Shown: positions 11,159-21,946 of the stretch, piece after piece
Layout: every line of letters begins with the position of its first letter
Position numbering within the stretch: the first letter of the stretch is position 1
Source of the DNA: Paragordius varius
Taxonomy: Eukaryota; Animalia; Nematomorpha
Direction of reading: 5' to 3'
Length of the DNA stretch: 64,000 nucleotides
Assembly (NCBI GenBank): GCA_964247055.1
Contig: OZ176054.1
Span: 12,710,001 to 12,774,000, forward strand
The notes under the pieces: generated by a model
Database searches by the model: none
What the model was told of the DNA's origin: nothing
Seen by the model: the letters and a program-made list of their open reading frames with translations, nothing else
Made by a program: the position numbers and the translations under genes

Positions 11159-11905
11159 ATAATAATTAATTTGGCAAACGTATGAATATATTATTAACAA
11201 ATAAAAAATTTATTAATAAAGTTTATATTTCGACCATGTTAGCATGATCTTGATCACAGTGGTGAGAATGAAATTGAGCTACTATATATACCAGTAAAAA
11301 CCAATTATAGGATTAAAAAATTATAGAAAATTAATAAATGTGATTAAGTGGGTGTAATTGATTGTTTGAAGTAGTAAATACAAATATTATAATATATAAT
11401 AAGGGGTGATTAGTGTTGTTGTTACTGTAAAACATAAGTCCATATTGATGAAAGATTATTTCCATCCGCTCTGTTGAGTAGAGCATTATTCTTTTTAATT
11501 TCAATTGCTTCTAATATTAATCGTTTAAAGGGGTTGTTAATGTTGTGAAGTACCTCGGTTTTAATTATTTTGTGGCCTTCGTTGCAGACGTGTTCTGCTA
11601 AGCCGGAATTAGGCTTATTGTGCTTGATATATTGTTGGTGTTCCTTTAATCTAATATTAATAGATCTGCTTGTCTCGCCTACGTAAACTTCATTGCAAGA
11701 GCAAGTAGCCTTATATATTCCGGGTAATTTGTCTCTTACTGGTATATATAGTAGCTCAATTTCATTCTCACCACTGTGATCAAGATCATGCTAACATGGT
11801 CGAAATATAAGCTTTATTAATAAATTTTTTATTTGTTAATAATATATTCATACGTTTGCCAAATTAATTATTATATTGTCATTCACGTATGGAATCCTTA
11901 AATTT
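11159..11905 (-). mobile_element. 5'-truncated Penelope-like element (GIY-YIG fragment + pLTR) with an inverted copy of its 3' end
   Basis: Minus-strand frame ~11740-11422 reads KLPGIYKATCSCNEVYVGETSRSINIRLKEH...LILEAIEI...LNRADGNNLSSIW. ~142-bp inverted arms at 11157-11299 and 11736-11877. 16-bp direct repeat AATACCAATGTAAGAT at 11143-11158 and 11906-11921. Confidence 0.85.
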
Positions 11906-12289
11906 AATACCAATGTAAGATGTCGATTAAAAAATCATATTTTTAGTACACTATACTAGTAAATGATTAACATGGTTTGATGGAGCAAATAAGGGTCGGT
12001 TGAATAAAAAACCATTTACACCTTGTAAATACCTACATAATATATGCAATTAAATATTATTAAATCTGATTTCTGAAAGAATAGATTTGCTATTGTGGAA
12101 ATCATAATCATAAAATTCTTGAAAAGTTCGAATTTATTTTGTTTCAAAACCGTTTCATATCTGAAACATTTTTTTTAGCAAATTTAATTATTTCGATTAA
12201 ATTTATTATAATTATATATTATCAAATATTTTAAGTTTTTTTCACTTTAACTGTAAACGTCAAAATATATGGGCATAAACTCTTAATTA

Positions 12290-12474
12290 CAGAATGAGTA
12301 AATATATATTGCTAGAAAGTTATTAATTATTGCCAAACAGCATATGCAGCAAAAAGAATTATTAACAATAGTAAAAAGTGAAAAAATAACTATAAGCCAA
12401 TAATACTGCCCTTTGTTGTATAACACTATTTGGCAATGATTAAACTTTTTAGCAATATATAAGTACTTATACTG
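12290..12474. mobile_element. Short palindromic MITE (CAG...CTG termini, TA flanks). Related copy at 34864-35053
   Basis: Inverted termini CAG(A/T)ATGAGTAA(A/G)TATATA with TA flanks, and shared internal TTGCTAGAAAGTT sequence in both copies. Confidence 0.6.
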
Positions 12475-12998
12475 TAATATAAAAAAGTTCGTTTTTATTT
12501 TCAATACTGTAAACGTCAAAATATATAGCATAAAAAATAGTTACTTGATTGATATTATAATTCACATTTAAAACTGTAAACGAAATATATCAGAGCTTAA
12601 AAAATTACCAACTCTTTAATATGAAAAAGTTCGTTTCTAAACTTGATACGTCAATAGGGGTATGTAAAATTACGAAATTATTTATTAATTATGGAAAAGT
12701 TTTCCTTTTCAAAACTGTAAAAATTTATTGGCATTAAGCATTACGAATTTAATATACTAAATATTGTGAAAAATAATTATTTTTAACATTAACACTTGGA
12801 TACAACAACACATCAAAGTCCTACAATTCGAATTGGTGATCACCAGTGGCGTACCGAGCATTTGTGGCGCCCGGGGCATAAAACTTTTATGGCGCCCCTT
12901 CCCCCTTTTTAAAAGCCAATAAAACAATTTATTAAAAATAATACAAACGTTGTAACCTAAGCACCATAGATAAGACAGCACAGTCATATAAATAAATC

Positions 12999-13036
<38 letters not shown>

Positions 13037-13087
13037 GATACTAAATTTATTCAATGGTACTAATTAGGTGAATAATAGAGTATATAT

Positions 13088-15503
13088 CAGTGATACTCAC
13101 CAAAAAAATTTGACTGGCCAAATAAAATATATTTTTTTCGAGGGCCATGAACCTTAAAATGGCAATTATTCTTTAACTATTTGACACATATGCACATATT
13201 TATACTCTAAATCAGCATATTGAATTTTCGCGGATCGCATGTAAATCCAGCTAAAAACTCGTTTTGCACCATTTAGTTACAAAATTAAATATTTTGATAA
13301 CAACATTTATTTTGTTATGAACCAATAATATTTGACAAATTTGGTTTCGCCTCATGACGGACCAATCTTAATACGTCGTCCATCATCGGTTAAGCGATTT
13401 CTGTATGTATTTTTGACATACTTTATTTTTGAATATGCCGTCTCACATGTGTAAGTTGAGGGAAAAACAGTTAGGATAACTTGAGCGCATTTGGCACATC
13501 CTAACAAAACTCATCATATCTTTCTTCTCTACGATTCTTTTTAATAAATATTGCGTCCAAATTGGAATCATTTTTATAATCTATGAATCCTTCAATGATA
13601 TGCTCCTGATCAAAACCGAAATGCTCAAGTGCTTAATATTGTATCCATATGCCATGGATTTTCGACGAGCTTTAAGCAATTTTCAGTTTTTTAAAAGAGG
13701 AATAACTTTGTTTAGAGGGACAGCTATCTGTGCAGATCGTAACCAATTTTTTCATAGACATACCATCATTATCGAAAAAGTGCTAATTATTTTGAGAAAA
13801 TCACTTCTTTTCGTGGTATTATTCATAGGTAAAAACTTTAAATATATCTCATTTATTATGTTGTCGTAAAATCTCACGAAGAGCGCACATTGAGGTGTTG
13901 AACTAATATCAGTGCTGGAATCAATAGCAATACCAAAATATTTGCAATTTTTCAGAGCCAATAATGCAATGAAAATATAAGACATATCTTTAATGCGTCG
14001 AGCACATGTTGAATCAGAAAGATGAAGTTTATTAATTTGCCTCATGTTTTGATCTTTATTAGATGAAGTGAAAATTGAAGTAGTTAATCAAACGTTTTTG
14101 GGTGCTATACTTCCCGAGGATGGTTCTTCAACTCCTGACATCAGAAAGAGAATAGGAATGGGTCGAGAAGTGATGACCAAATTAATAAAGATTTGGAAAA
14201 ACAAAAGTGTAGGAGTTGAAACCAAAAAAAGATTACTCTACTGTTTCGTTCTCCCGGTCACCACATATGGATGTGAGAGTTGGACTCTCAGAAAAAGGGA
14301 CAAAGAAAGGCTCATGGCTTTTGAAAGGAGTTGCTGGCGTAGGATGCTAGGATACACCTGGAAGGATAAAATTTAGAATGGTAACTACAGAAATAAATCC
14401 TGAAAATTCTAAAAGGAACTTTAACATATTTTGGTCATGTAATGCGATCGAATTCTCTAGAGAAAGACACAATATTTGGGAAGGTAGAAGGACAAAGGAA
14501 ACGAGGCCGACCACAGATGAGGTGGTTGGATATCCTAAAAGAGTAGATTAAAATGACATTGAACGATCTCAATGTAGCGATAAAAGATAAAAGGAGGTGG
14601 AAAGCAATAGTGAAAACTATATCCAAAATGTCGTTTACGACTTAAGAATAACCAACCCATCAAATAAAAAAGTGCAACCATTTATTAGACATTCATTTAT
14701 TAGTTGGGAATCAGTAAACGGCTTCATAATTTATCCTAATATATATCGAATTTCATACGATGCTATTACAGTTTTTTCCTGGGAGAAAGCTATGGCCAAA
14801 ATAGATTTTTCTTTCTGGTAAAATTCCTTAATTTTTTTTATATTTCGTTTATTTCCATTCTGCTAATTTATGAGAATGATGGATTGTAAAATGTCTTTCA
14901 ATATGTATTTTTTTATAATTATGTTGTCCTTACATATAAGGCAGGTAACAACATATTTAAAACGACAAACAATTTTTATTTCCATTCTTTTTAGAGCGAT
15001 TTTCATCAGATATAGCATTAGATGTCATCCTTTGAATTTATGTCAAATATTACGTATTTTTTTTCAAAAAATAGGAATATAATTTGAATTATGCTATAAA
15101 AAATAGGTCGAATTTTAATGGTAGCTATAAAAAGATATGCAGGATAGCTAATGAAAAGAATATGTATATGCAAGTTTGGTAGAAAGGCTTGCTTAAATAC
15201 AAAAAAAAGAATGCAATAAACACTTCAAAATCGAAATTAAATAGAATACAGAAACAGAAACATAACATAATTTTAAAGTGATTTTGATGAAGGGAAATTT
15301 TTCTACATTTAAAATTTGTAAAAATAAAAATTATCAAAATTAAGCTAAATAAAATAAATTAATATTTATATGAGCGCAAATTCGTTTATGTGTATTTTAA
15401 AAATTCATCAATAAAAAAATAATAATTTAAGCATTAATATGGTCATAGGGTAAATTTAAATCACTCTTAGGGCCGCATGCGGCCCGCGTTTTGAGTACCA
15501 CTG
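13088..15503 (-). mobile_element. Decayed Buster/Charlie-type hAT transposon
   Basis: Ends CAGTGATACTCA / TGAGTACCACTG. TSD GTATATAT / GTAAATAT. Transposase remnants KPFTDSQLINECL, LHLSDSTCARRI, AIDSSTDISSTPQCALFVRF, FPSTYTCE. Confidence 0.8.
14068..14655 (+). mobile_element. 5'-truncated RTE (BovB-like) 3' fragment inserted in the hAT transposase
   Basis: DIRKRIGMGR, VTTYGCESWTL, LMAFERSCWRRML, YFGHVMR, GQRKRGRPQMRWLD. Frameshifted and with stops. Confidence 0.8.
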
Positions 15504-17252
15504 GTAAATATTATAGGGATTATTACCTAAATTGCTAAGAAATCTCATTTGAAAGTTCTTATTATTTTTGCATAATAAAAATTTAATTTTTAAAAATCAT
15601 TTAGGCGCCCCTAAATAACTGCGCCCGGGGCATGATGCACCCCCTTGCCCCCCTCGGTACGCCCCTGGTGACCACATGCATTAAGAAAATGGAATGGAAT
15701 TAATTAAAATCGCAAAAGTTGCACTCAGATAACATTAATAAACAAAAAATATAAAATGAGATTTATGCAAAAAACCCGAATATAGTTATTTATGGATAAC
15801 TCTCAAGGTAAAAATTTAGCCAATATGACATGTGTGCATCAGCTATACAATATTAATGCGAAATAAACCACTTTATGTGTTAATATTGTAATAAAAAAAC
15901 AAACTTTAAATTTAACGTTAGAATAAAAAACACGATATTTTTTTAAAAAGTAATATGAAATTGGCGTCGAAATATAGTATAGAGTTTATTTTCAGAACTA
16001 AATTTTATTTAGATAGTAGAATAAATTAAAGATTTTTTTTAACTATCAATTTAAGTATAGTCTGCCTAGTTACCATTTGGATTAAAGTGTTAATATTATA
16101 TTATAATTTAGCTATTTACAACTCTATTTCATATTTTGCAAAAACAATAAACTCTTAAACTTGAAAAAAGGCAGCGATTTTTAATAATATATTTGTGCGT
16201 ATGTATTTACATTTTGCCAGTATAAACTCAATTTTTACTATTTTATAGAGTTACAAACATATTTTTACAAAAAGTCTAAATGTTATTTATATATTTACAA
16301 AAGTAGAAATAGTATTAAAACATATATATTTTCTTATAACTAAATTGAAATATTTTAAAACAAGACTTTGTGCCACAAATATTATTTATATATTATTATT
16401 GTACCACTTTTTGTTAGTATCCTGTTTTCAAGAGTCTCTATAAGTAAATTGAACTTGTAAATAATTATAAAAATAATAGGGACAAGGACTATGTTTAAAG
16501 TATGTACCGGAACTTATGCCTGTTTTGTTTCTTTTGGTTTTTATCTGGTCAATTAAAAATAACCTGTGCATTATTCAAATTATCAACAATCTGTTTAATA
16601 ATGTTTATTAAAAAAACAATTTTTATCATATATCTTGAATAATAAATTACGCAATTTTTGAATATTTATATTATCATTTTATAAAAAAAAGCCAGATGAG
16701 TTGATTATACCATATTACATTTTCACATTTTTCAAAAACTATTTTAAAATAGTCAGCTATATAATTTATATCCAAAATTAATATAAATATCATTTATTCA
16801 TCACTAACCAGTAAAAATATTAATAAAATTATATAATTATTCCAATCTTCAATCTATCCATCCATCCTTGTGTTTTGTATTACAATATCTACAATAATGT
16901 AAATATACAAAAATATAAACAACAGTGAAAAATGTACATACAGGTAAGTGTGATATAATACAATGTTATGTATAAAGGTGTAAAAAACAGGTAAATAATA
17001 ATTAATATTCGTATTCACCTGAAGAAATAAAGGTAAACATTCACATTAATTAAACAGGTAAAATTATATGTGACAAATTTTACGGATAAAAACATTTTAT
17101 AAAAATCAATCTTTTGAACAAAAATCACAAATATTTGCATGCAAGTTTTGTTAACAATGTAACTTTTCGAATCATTTAATATGGAGAGTCAAGGGCCTAT
17201 TTTTGTCCGAATAAATAAATTTATATTGAAAAATGAAAATTTGTATGTGGTT

Positions 17253-17290
17253 ATCGCTTCTCGGCCTCTTGGCTAAGATCAAAGTGTCGT
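17253..17290 (+). ncRNA. RNU2: U2 snRNA gene, 5' portion (interrupted)
   Basis: ATCGCTTCTCGGCCTCTTGGCTAAGATCAAAGTGT(CGT) matches the conserved U2 5' end. Confidence 0.95.
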
Positions 17291-20200
17291 CCTTCTTACC
17301 TTAAATTCTTAATAAAATTAATTAAACTTGATCTTATGCCATCTTTTATACTTTTACAAAAATTTAACCGTCCCTTTTTAATTCATTGCACTTTCATACC
17401 TTTTTTTGTAATTTTTGTGGCTTTTTTAAATCTCCCCCCTTTGGTAAAGTTCGCGCCCCTCTTAATTGCTTTTGTTTACCCCCTTTTTTAAAATTTCGCG
17501 CTTTCCCTAACCTTTTTCTAACGGCTTTTTGTTTATTTCCCCCCCTTTTTTTTAAATATTCCCTCCATTTTGCTTTAAATTCGCGCTTTGGCCATTTTTT
17601 TTGAACGGTTATTGTTCACTTTCTCCATCTTTTTTAATTGTTATTTGAAATTCACGCCTCTCTTTATCTTTTATTCGCATGTTGTTTTCCCTCTTAATTG
17701 TGTGTCTCTGAATTCCCGGCCCCCTTTTGATTATATATTAATTATCCGGGTGATTAGGACTTTATTTATTTCCATTCTTTAATCCTTTGGTCCATCTAAA
17801 TTTCTTTCCAATATTATACATTGTTTATTTTTATTATAGATATGATCTCAACCAACACTATTAGCTCCAACAACGTACAAATCATGTTTCCCCTTACAAT
17901 AAGTGATAATGATAATCAACCAGTGTACTGCAAGACAACCTTCTGCCATACCTCTGTCACCACGGTCAATACTCAAAGCCATCCATCATTCTGTGTCAAC
18001 CCGTCGACAACTCCAACACCGGATATTGACTCTCTCTATGAACACCAATTCCCTTCACTCTCTTCATCTCAATTCTACGACAACGTGTACACAGCTACCA
18101 ATCAGTCATCCAATCAGGCCAAATCTCCCAGCTCAAACATTAAACGCAAGACCATCCTTGATCTTGTCCATCCAGCCAACAAAATGCTCAAGATAAATAA
18201 TAATGATGATGATAATGATGGCGACCTATTGGAGGCGATGCCACATCAACCAACCCTGCAAGACAAAACCCTTTCCTTCTATTTTCCTTTACCGAATCAT
18301 TTTTCGTGTCCGTTTGAATCCTGCAATCATCAATTTCGTTGTAAATCCTGGACTGCCCAGAGACAGTCTCTTCTTCGTCACATTAAGCTGGTCCATAAAG
18401 AACTAATCAAAATAGTTAATATTTGCAAACCTTGTAACAAAGTTTTATCTATTCACCCAAGTATACATATGAAAGAGTGCATTTTTGCGTCCAAATCTCC
18501 TATTGTCCAAATGCCTCACGCATGTGATGAGTGTGACTTGTCGTTTCCCAAGCGCATGTCTCTCTTATCTCATAAAAGGTCTCATAATCTACCTCCTCAT
18601 CCTCACAGCAAACCGTTAAGTTTGTCAAACCTCCGTTTCAATCCGTCTAATAAGCCTAAGGTTGTCGAGTCATCTCCAACCCATTCAGTAAACCTTTTTG
18701 ATCCACCCAGCTCTCCAGTTAATTCTTCTCCTACCAAAGTGAGTGGGACCTCAAACATCATTGGTAAGGGACATGAAGGCAATAATTCCAGTACGGATAT
18801 TAATTCCAATATTCTAAATCCTAGTAGTTCGGTAAACAAAAATTATTTTAATTACTTTTCTAAGAATGAAGTCTCTTTATCTAATCGTTTTACTATTCTT
18901 GAGGAGAGTGTTGATGAGGAACCCACTTCATCGGTTACTCTACCTCCACCAAATAAAAGTTTTAATAAATCATCTGCTTTAAATAAAAATACTTTTCCTT
19001 TCACTAATTTTAACAACCTTCTTGACTCCCACGACGAGAATTCCGACTGGGAGGACGTTTGTTCTTTAATAAGCTCTATTCAAAATGCACTATCTCCTCC
19101 CCGGGCTGATTATAATAAGTCTAAAAGTTTGGTTCATAAAGATTTAAATATTCGTAGCATGTATAAGAGAAATAGGAAAAAGGCTATAAGATTAATCGTT
19201 GATGGCCCTCCATCCTCTTGTAAAATAAATAACGAAGATATAACAAATTATTTTAACAATACAATTGGCAAAAAATCTGAGCCTATTAATTTTAATTATT
19301 CTAATAATTCTGTCCCTTTACTTGATTTTATTCCCTTTTCAGCATCTGAAGTTTCTGATAAACTAAGAAAAGTTTCTAACAGCTCCCCTGGTCCTGATGG
19401 TATTTCATATACCAAATGGAAGCAGGTGGATCCCAAAGGTATTCTTTTATCTGAAATTTTTAATTTGTGTTTAAGTCATAGAATGATTCCTAATCATTGG
19501 AAAGTAACTAAGTCAATCTTAATTTCTAAAAAAAAGGGAGACCCTTCTCTTGTTTCAAGCTGGAGGCCCCTTTCACTAAGCAATACTATTTATAAATTAT
19601 TTACTGGCCTTATTGCCAACCGAATTTCTAAACATATTTTAAAGAATAACTTATTATCATCAGCCCAGAAAGGATTTATGCCTTTTGATGGCTGCTTTGA
19701 GCATAATTATATTTTAAATAAATCAATTTCTGATGCTAAACATAATAAAAAAGATATTTTTGTAACCTTTATTGATATCACTGCTGCGTTTGACTCGGTC
19801 CCTCACCAGCTGATTTTTGAATGTCTCCCTAATTTTGGTATAGATAATAATATTCAAGCTTTAATTAAGGATATTTACACAAATTCATGTACTCAGTTCT
19901 TTTCCGCCTCTGGGTTAACGCAACCCATTCCTTTCTTGTCTGGCATTAAACAGGGGTGTCCAATTTCTGGCCTTCTTTTTAATTTGTCAATCGATTCTGT
20001 GTTGAGATCTATGGTGTTTAATGGTCACAATGTCCTCGCTTATGCTGATGACATTGTTTTATTGTCTGACTCTCCTGAACGTCATCAAGTTGGGCTCAAC
20101 TTGTTAGAATGTCTAATTCATGATATTGGTCTTTCGATCAAAGCTGAGAAGTGCAATAGTATTTCTATTGCTTCTTGTAGTCCTGTTTTTAAGATTGGTG

Positions 20201-21795
20201 AAGTTGTCGTCCCCTCAATCAGTCAAGGAGAGTTTGTTAAGTTTCTTGGAAAGCCTGTAGGTCTCAATTTCATTAATCCCGTTCCTTCTACGGAAATTGT
20301 GGATAAAATACATAGTTCTAGCCTCCTCCCTTGGCAAAAGCTAGACGCTATTAAAACTTTTTTCTATCCCACTATTTCTCACCAGTTGAGAAATAATGAG
20401 CTTAAAATGGTTACAGGTGAATATCTAGATAAAAAGCTAACTAAAGTGTTCAAACAAATATTAAATCTTCCAAGAGATGCCACTAACAATTATATTTTTG
20501 GCTCTCGTAATAAGGGCGCCTTAGGGATGCCCCTATTCCGAGATGACATTAATATATTTCGTGTGGATTCCGCTTTTAAATTACTTACTAGCTTAGATCC
20601 TTCTATAAGAGTTTCTGCTCTCGAGGAACTTAAGGTTTCGGCTAGCTTTCGTTTTAAGGTTCGATTAGATTCAATAACTCCCGATCAATTAGGCAAATAT
20701 TTGTCTGGTTATGAGAACCCTCTTGTCTCAAATCCAGCTAATAAATGCCAAAACATTTGGACAATAGCGAGAATTGCGTCTGAATCTCTCAAAATTTCCT
20801 GGTCTTTTGATGATTCTTTTCAGCCTACAGTAATTTCAGAGTTCTCTAAAATCTCCCAAGACAATCGCTCAGCTGTTGTTTCTAACCTTCGATTTTATAA
20901 ACGAAAGTTAAAGGATACTGAGCTACACCATTTTGCTTTGCAGGGTCGGGTGATGGAGTGCGTCGCTGATGATAAGGTCAGTCATCATTTTCTTTACAAT
21001 AATAAAGATCTTCGATTCAGAGACTGGAACTTCATCCATCGAGCGCGGCTCAATCTGCTTCCAACAAAAATGCGACTCAGGTCGTCGGAACAAATGTGCC
21101 GTCGCTGCGGCAAGTCAAAAGAAACTCAGGCACACGTTTTAAACCACTGCCTCAAAGATGATAATATAATCACCAAAAGACACAATATCATAGTAGACGT
21201 GATTAAAGACAACCTCCCATCAAAATTCAAGATCTTAAGTGAAAATCAAGCCATTGATTCGTCGAGACTACGTCCTGACCTCATTGTAACAGATGGCACT
21301 GATTGCTATATCATTGATCCCACAGTGCCGTTTGAAAACAGGCTAGAATCGTTCGAAACGGCCTTTAACAATAAAATAATGAAGTATAGCTGTTTGGCTC
21401 AACAATTACAGGAAACATACAGCAACACCCAAGTCATTCCAGTTGTTGTAGGGAGCCTCGGCTCATGGTATTCGAAAAACGATGTTCTTTTTGAGAAGAT
21501 CAGGTTCCGATGCCCTACCCAACTAAAGAAATCAATAGTTACCAATACTATCAAAGCATCCTCGGATATGTACCACATGTTTATGAGCGGTCGAAATTCC
21601 CTCATAGACAACAACCCAACAAATGCATCATTGTAATATTTTATATATATATATTTCTTTTTATATTTATTTTATTTTTTTATATATATAATATTTTCTT
21701 TCTTCCCCCTTGTAACTTCCCCATGCCCAATATTGTTGCGCAGCACTTTTCTTCATATATTCTAAAATGTATTTTTATATATATTAATAAATTAT
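17288..21795 (+). mobile_element. Full-length Utopia-type U2 snRNA-specific non-LTR retrotransposon (RLE/NeSL-like group)
   Basis: Sits between the U2 5' and 3' halves, with ~0.55 kb 5'UTR, a single ORF and a ~160-nt 3'UTR ending AATAAATT. No TSD. The left boundary is 17288 or 17291. Confidence 0.93.
17821..21636 (+). CDS. Utopia ORF: N-terminal zinc fingers, RT, CCHC knuckle, restriction-like PD-(D/E)xK endonuclease (1271 aa from TTG; first ATG at 17842)
   Basis: C2H2 fingers (CPFESC...HIKLVH; CDEC...HKRSH). RT motifs SPGPDG, WRPLSL, GIKQGCPIS, YADD, KFLG. Then CRRCGKSKETQAHVLNHC, KRHN, RPDLIV, IIDPTVPFEN, KIMKY. Confidence 0.93.
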   Translation: MFIFIIDMISTNTISSNNVQIMFPLTISDNDNQPVYCKTTFCHTSVTTVNTQSHPSFCVNPSTTPTPDIDSLYEHQFPSLSSSQFYDNVYTATNQSSNQAKSPSSNIKRKTILDLVHPANKMLKINNNDDDNDGDLLEAMPHQPTLQDKTLSFYFPLPNHFSCPFESCNHQFRCKSWTAQRQSLLRHIKLVHKELIKIVNICKPCNKVLSIHPSIHMKECIFASKSPIVQMPHACDECDLSFPKRMSLLSHKRSHNLPPHPHSKPLSLSNLRFNPSNKPKVVESSPTHSVNLFDPPSSPVNSSPTKVSGTSNIIGKGHEGNNSSTDINSNILNPSSSVNKNYFNYFSKNEVSLSNRFTILEESVDEEPTSSVTLPPPNKSFNKSSALNKNTFPFTNFNNLLDSHDENSDWEDVCSLISSIQNALSPPRADYNKSKSLVHKDLNIRSMYKRNRKKAIRLIVDGPPSSCKINNEDITNYFNNTIGKKSEPINFNYSNNSVPLLDFIPFSASEVSDKLRKVSNSSPGPDGISYTKWKQVDPKGILLSEIFNLCLSHRMIPNHWKVTKSILISKKKGDPSLVSSWRPLSLSNTIYKLFTGLIANRISKHILKNNLLSSAQKGFMPFDGCFEHNYILNKSISDAKHNKKDIFVTFIDITAAFDSVPHQLIFECLPNFGIDNNIQALIKDIYTNSCTQFFSASGLTQPIPFLSGIKQGCPISGLLFNLSIDSVLRSMVFNGHNVLAYADDIVLLSDSPERHQVGLNLLECLIHDIGLSIKAEKCNSISIASCSPVFKIGEVVVPSISQGEFVKFLGKPVGLNFINPVPSTEIVDKIHSSSLLPWQKLDAIKTFFYPTISHQLRNNELKMVTGEYLDKKLTKVFKQILNLPRDATNNYIFGSRNKGALGMPLFRDDINIFRVDSAFKLLTSLDPSIRVSALEELKVSASFRFKVRLDSITPDQLGKYLSGYENPLVSNPANKCQNIWTIARIASESLKISWSFDDSFQPTVISEFSKISQDNRSAVVSNLRFYKRKLKDTELHHFALQGRVMECVADDKVSHHFLYNNKDLRFRDWNFIHRARLNLLPTKMRLRSSEQMCRRCGKSKETQAHVLNHCLKDDNIITKRHNIIVDVIKDNLPSKFKILSENQAIDSSRLRPDLIVTDGTDCYIIDPTVPFENRLESFETAFNNKIMKYSCLAQQLQETYSNTQVIPVVVGSLGSWYSKNDVLFEKIRFRCPTQLKKSIVTNTIKASSDMYHMFMSGRNSLIDNNPTNASL

Positions 21796-21946
21796 ATCTG
21801 TTCTTATCAGCTTAATATCTGATACGACCTCTAAAGAGGTCCATGATATTAAATTTATTTTTGGAGATTTTGGGGAGGCGCTCTGGGCTTGCCTATCCCT
21901 CCCCATCGGGTCAACCTGGTATTGCAGTACCTCCAGGAGTGGCCCA
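21796..21946 (+). ncRNA. RNU2: U2 snRNA gene, 3' portion (interrupted)
   Basis: ATCTGTTCTTATCAGCTTAATATCTGATA (stem IIa), Sm site ATTTTTG at 21857-21863, and stem-loop IV CCTGGTATTGCAGTACCTCCAGG. Confidence 0.95.

Larger units (their letters stand above)
12844..15667. mobile_element. Non-autonomous hAT element (host of the nested Buster-type copy)
   Basis: TIRs CAGTGGCGTACCGAG / CTCGGTACGCCCCTG. 8-bp TSD GTGATCAC / GTGACCAC (1 mismatch). Confidence 0.8.
12793..16089. mobile_element. Old piggyBac-like MITE copy split by nested hAT insertions
   Basis: TTAA|CACTTGGATACAAC at the left and AAAGTG|TTAA at the right. Sequence after 15675 resumes matching the family's internal sequence. Confidence 0.65.

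Noticed and set aside
17180-17215. Candidate U2 proximal sequence element (GGAGAGTCAAGGGCCTATTTTTGTCCG)
   Set aside because: The position fits, but PSEs are lineage-specific and there is no second snRNA promoter in the window to compare.
17284-21800. Utopia spliced out as an intron to restore U2
   Set aside because: There is a GT near the 5' junction but no AG at the 3' junction (AAATTATATCTG), so precise removal by splicing is not supported.
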